Assembly: GCA_051313645.2 (NCBI GenBank)
Contig: JBNRSN020000024.1
Coordinates: 36,332,001 to 36,396,000, forward strand
Length of the DNA stretch: 64,000 nucleotides
Direction of reading: 5' to 3'
DNA from: Centroscyllium fabricii
Taxonomy: Eukaryota
In this document: piece by piece, positions 62,148-64,000 of the stretch
Position numbering within the stretch: the first letter of the stretch is position 1
Layout of the letters: the number at the start of each line of letters is the position of its first letter
Position numbers and translations under genes: made by a program
The notes under the pieces: generated by a model
The model's input: the letters and a program-made list of their open reading frames with translations, nothing else
The model's database searches: none
What the model was told of the DNA's origin: nothing

Positions 62148-64000
62148 GAAGTCTTTTATGTGGAAGTTTGTCCAAACATTCCTGAAAGTATAAATAAACT
62201 ATAATGTAAATGTGCCACCATCTACTGCAATATCATTCTACATTCATGACTATTTCTCACTAATTTTGCTATACAGGTTCTGCTCCAGCCTGCACCTTAC
62301 AATCAGTTCCATTATTTTACCGGTTACTGATGCTAGGCTAATGAACCTGTGCATTTCTGGCACAGAGCTGAGTCTGATCACAGCTGGCTGCAATCCAAAA
62401 ATAAACATGCCAGGATCCAGGTAGGCCAGAAGACCAACTTTGTTTTTTACAAATTGGTCTGTGACTGTGACTTCTGGTTCCCCACTGCAATCTATCCTGC
62501 TCACTGGAGCAGACTAATATAGACTCTGGCCTAGCAGAAGGCTGAAGATGGTTCCATTAGTTGCTTATTAACTACAACACTGTTGATCACAGCTGCCACT
62601 AGGAAAACACTCTGTTATCTGAGGCAATGTACATTGTTCTTCTGGGTTTCCATCTGCTGTTATCCTAAATAATGGCCAATTAAGAAGAAACATGACTGAG
62701 AACACTGCCCCCGGTCTGGTAAAGCCCGATTCAATTACAACTTATAACACTTGTGATACAAGAGCTTCAAACTATTAAAATGAAAGCTTTACACTGCACT
62801 GAACATATACCACGTTGTGTATTGTAGTCTATTCTGGTCAGCAAACTACTACAAAACAGAGGCACTGCAGACAGCTATAATACTGATCCCAAGTGTAAAG
62901 GGATAAACTTCTGAGGAAACATTTGAGAAGTCAAAAATCTAGAGAAAAAGGTATTCAAGGGAGAGAGATATAAAATATTAAATACAGTGTAGTATGAAAT
63001 AAATCCAGAATATTATTTCAAAGGCAGGAAAATAGAACCAAAGGAAATAAATAGAACCAAAGGAATTAAATGGAAATTATTGGAAAGCAAACTTAGAATA
63101 CCTGGAAAAACCTGTTTACTCAGCAAATAATGAACTTTTGGATGAATTCACTAAGCAGGACAGTAGATTAAAAAATGCAGTTGGATGCACTGAATGAAGC
63201 TGAGGAGGAGTTGAGATTGCAGCATTGAAGCAAATATACACATTAGTCCACCGTGATCAATGGCCCGGAATTCGAGGTCAGTGGTGTAGCTAATGAGTAC
63301 GCCATCAGCACTGCAAGGAAATCCGCACTTACCTTGTGAGAGCTTATTTTCAAATGCTGCAGAGTTGTGCACAGTGTAGTGGCCCACGGAGACCAGGAGT
63401 GCCCCGTTGTGTGTGTGCAAACCTGGGATCACGTGGGGCGGTGCTCCTTTCACTGCCTGACTCTTTGCCAATTGCCAATACTCCCAAAGTGAAATTCTGG
63501 GTAAACGGATAATGCAACCAGTGTGGTGTTCATTGAGCAAACTTTTTATGTTAGAAATATCACTATCATACAATGTAAGACCTATTTGTTAGGTTGAAGT
63601 GGTAATTTTATTTTTTAATTGGTTAACATAGCCAGTGTTTAAGGCACATTGAATAGATCTGAAAAGGGTTTCCTGCGACGCAAAATATAGTAGAGATTGT
63701 TTTAAAAGTGTCTGTTATTAACATCGACTTAATTCTAAAAGTAATTGTTTTGGAATTATACAATTTTCTAATAAATGAGTTGACAATGTCCGTTGTTCGA
63801 TGTGTGATATGGAAATGAAAGTTTACGTACGGCCACTTGTAAAGGGTTTATATTGGGGTGCTGTAACTATTCAGAGTCAACAAACTGTATTTTCTACACA
63901 GAGATGTTGAGATAATTAGGTGTAGGACAGGTAGGTGCATGGTTTAAAATAAAAAGCTACACCTATCCAATGGCAGCAAATAATTGGACAGACAGATTTA

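Noticed and set aside
63151-63573. 140-aa minus-strand ORF with a GTAAGT donor near 63331, as a host exon
   Set aside because: No recognisable protein; 63262-63502 has TIR-like ends (GGCCCGGAATTC / AAATTCTGGGT) and the CACTTACCT motif seen in the local MITEs

Overview
Vertebrate genomic DNA, most likely a cartilaginous fish (inferred from HE1-like and DeuSINE-like SINEs, abundant CR1 and Penelope-like elements). The window is mostly repeats. The only host coding exon I can support is the terminal transmembrane exon of a syntaxin-1 gene (STX1A-like, 25671-25751, +); 1-25670 is then probably part of its last intron and the rest is 3' UTR or intergenic. The main element is a complete 4961-bp Ty3/Gypsy LTR retrotransposon (4054-9014, CCGGG target-site duplication) inside a SINE. 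It has no tRNA primer-binding site. Instead, the PBS position is a perfect 13-nt complement of the LTR's own AATAAA region and closes a three-hairpin cloverleaf, which suggests self-priming and/or poly(A)-signal occlusion. It also has a YLDN RT motif and a 45-nt repeat array in gag. Other points of interest: a 5S-derived SINE with a Rex1/Babar-like tail, a tail-swapped HE1-like SINE subfamily, a 1.1-kb Penelope palindrome, several minimal hammerhead motifs, nested Harbinger-like MITEs and several minisatellites. All coordinates and alignments were read by eye; no searches were run.
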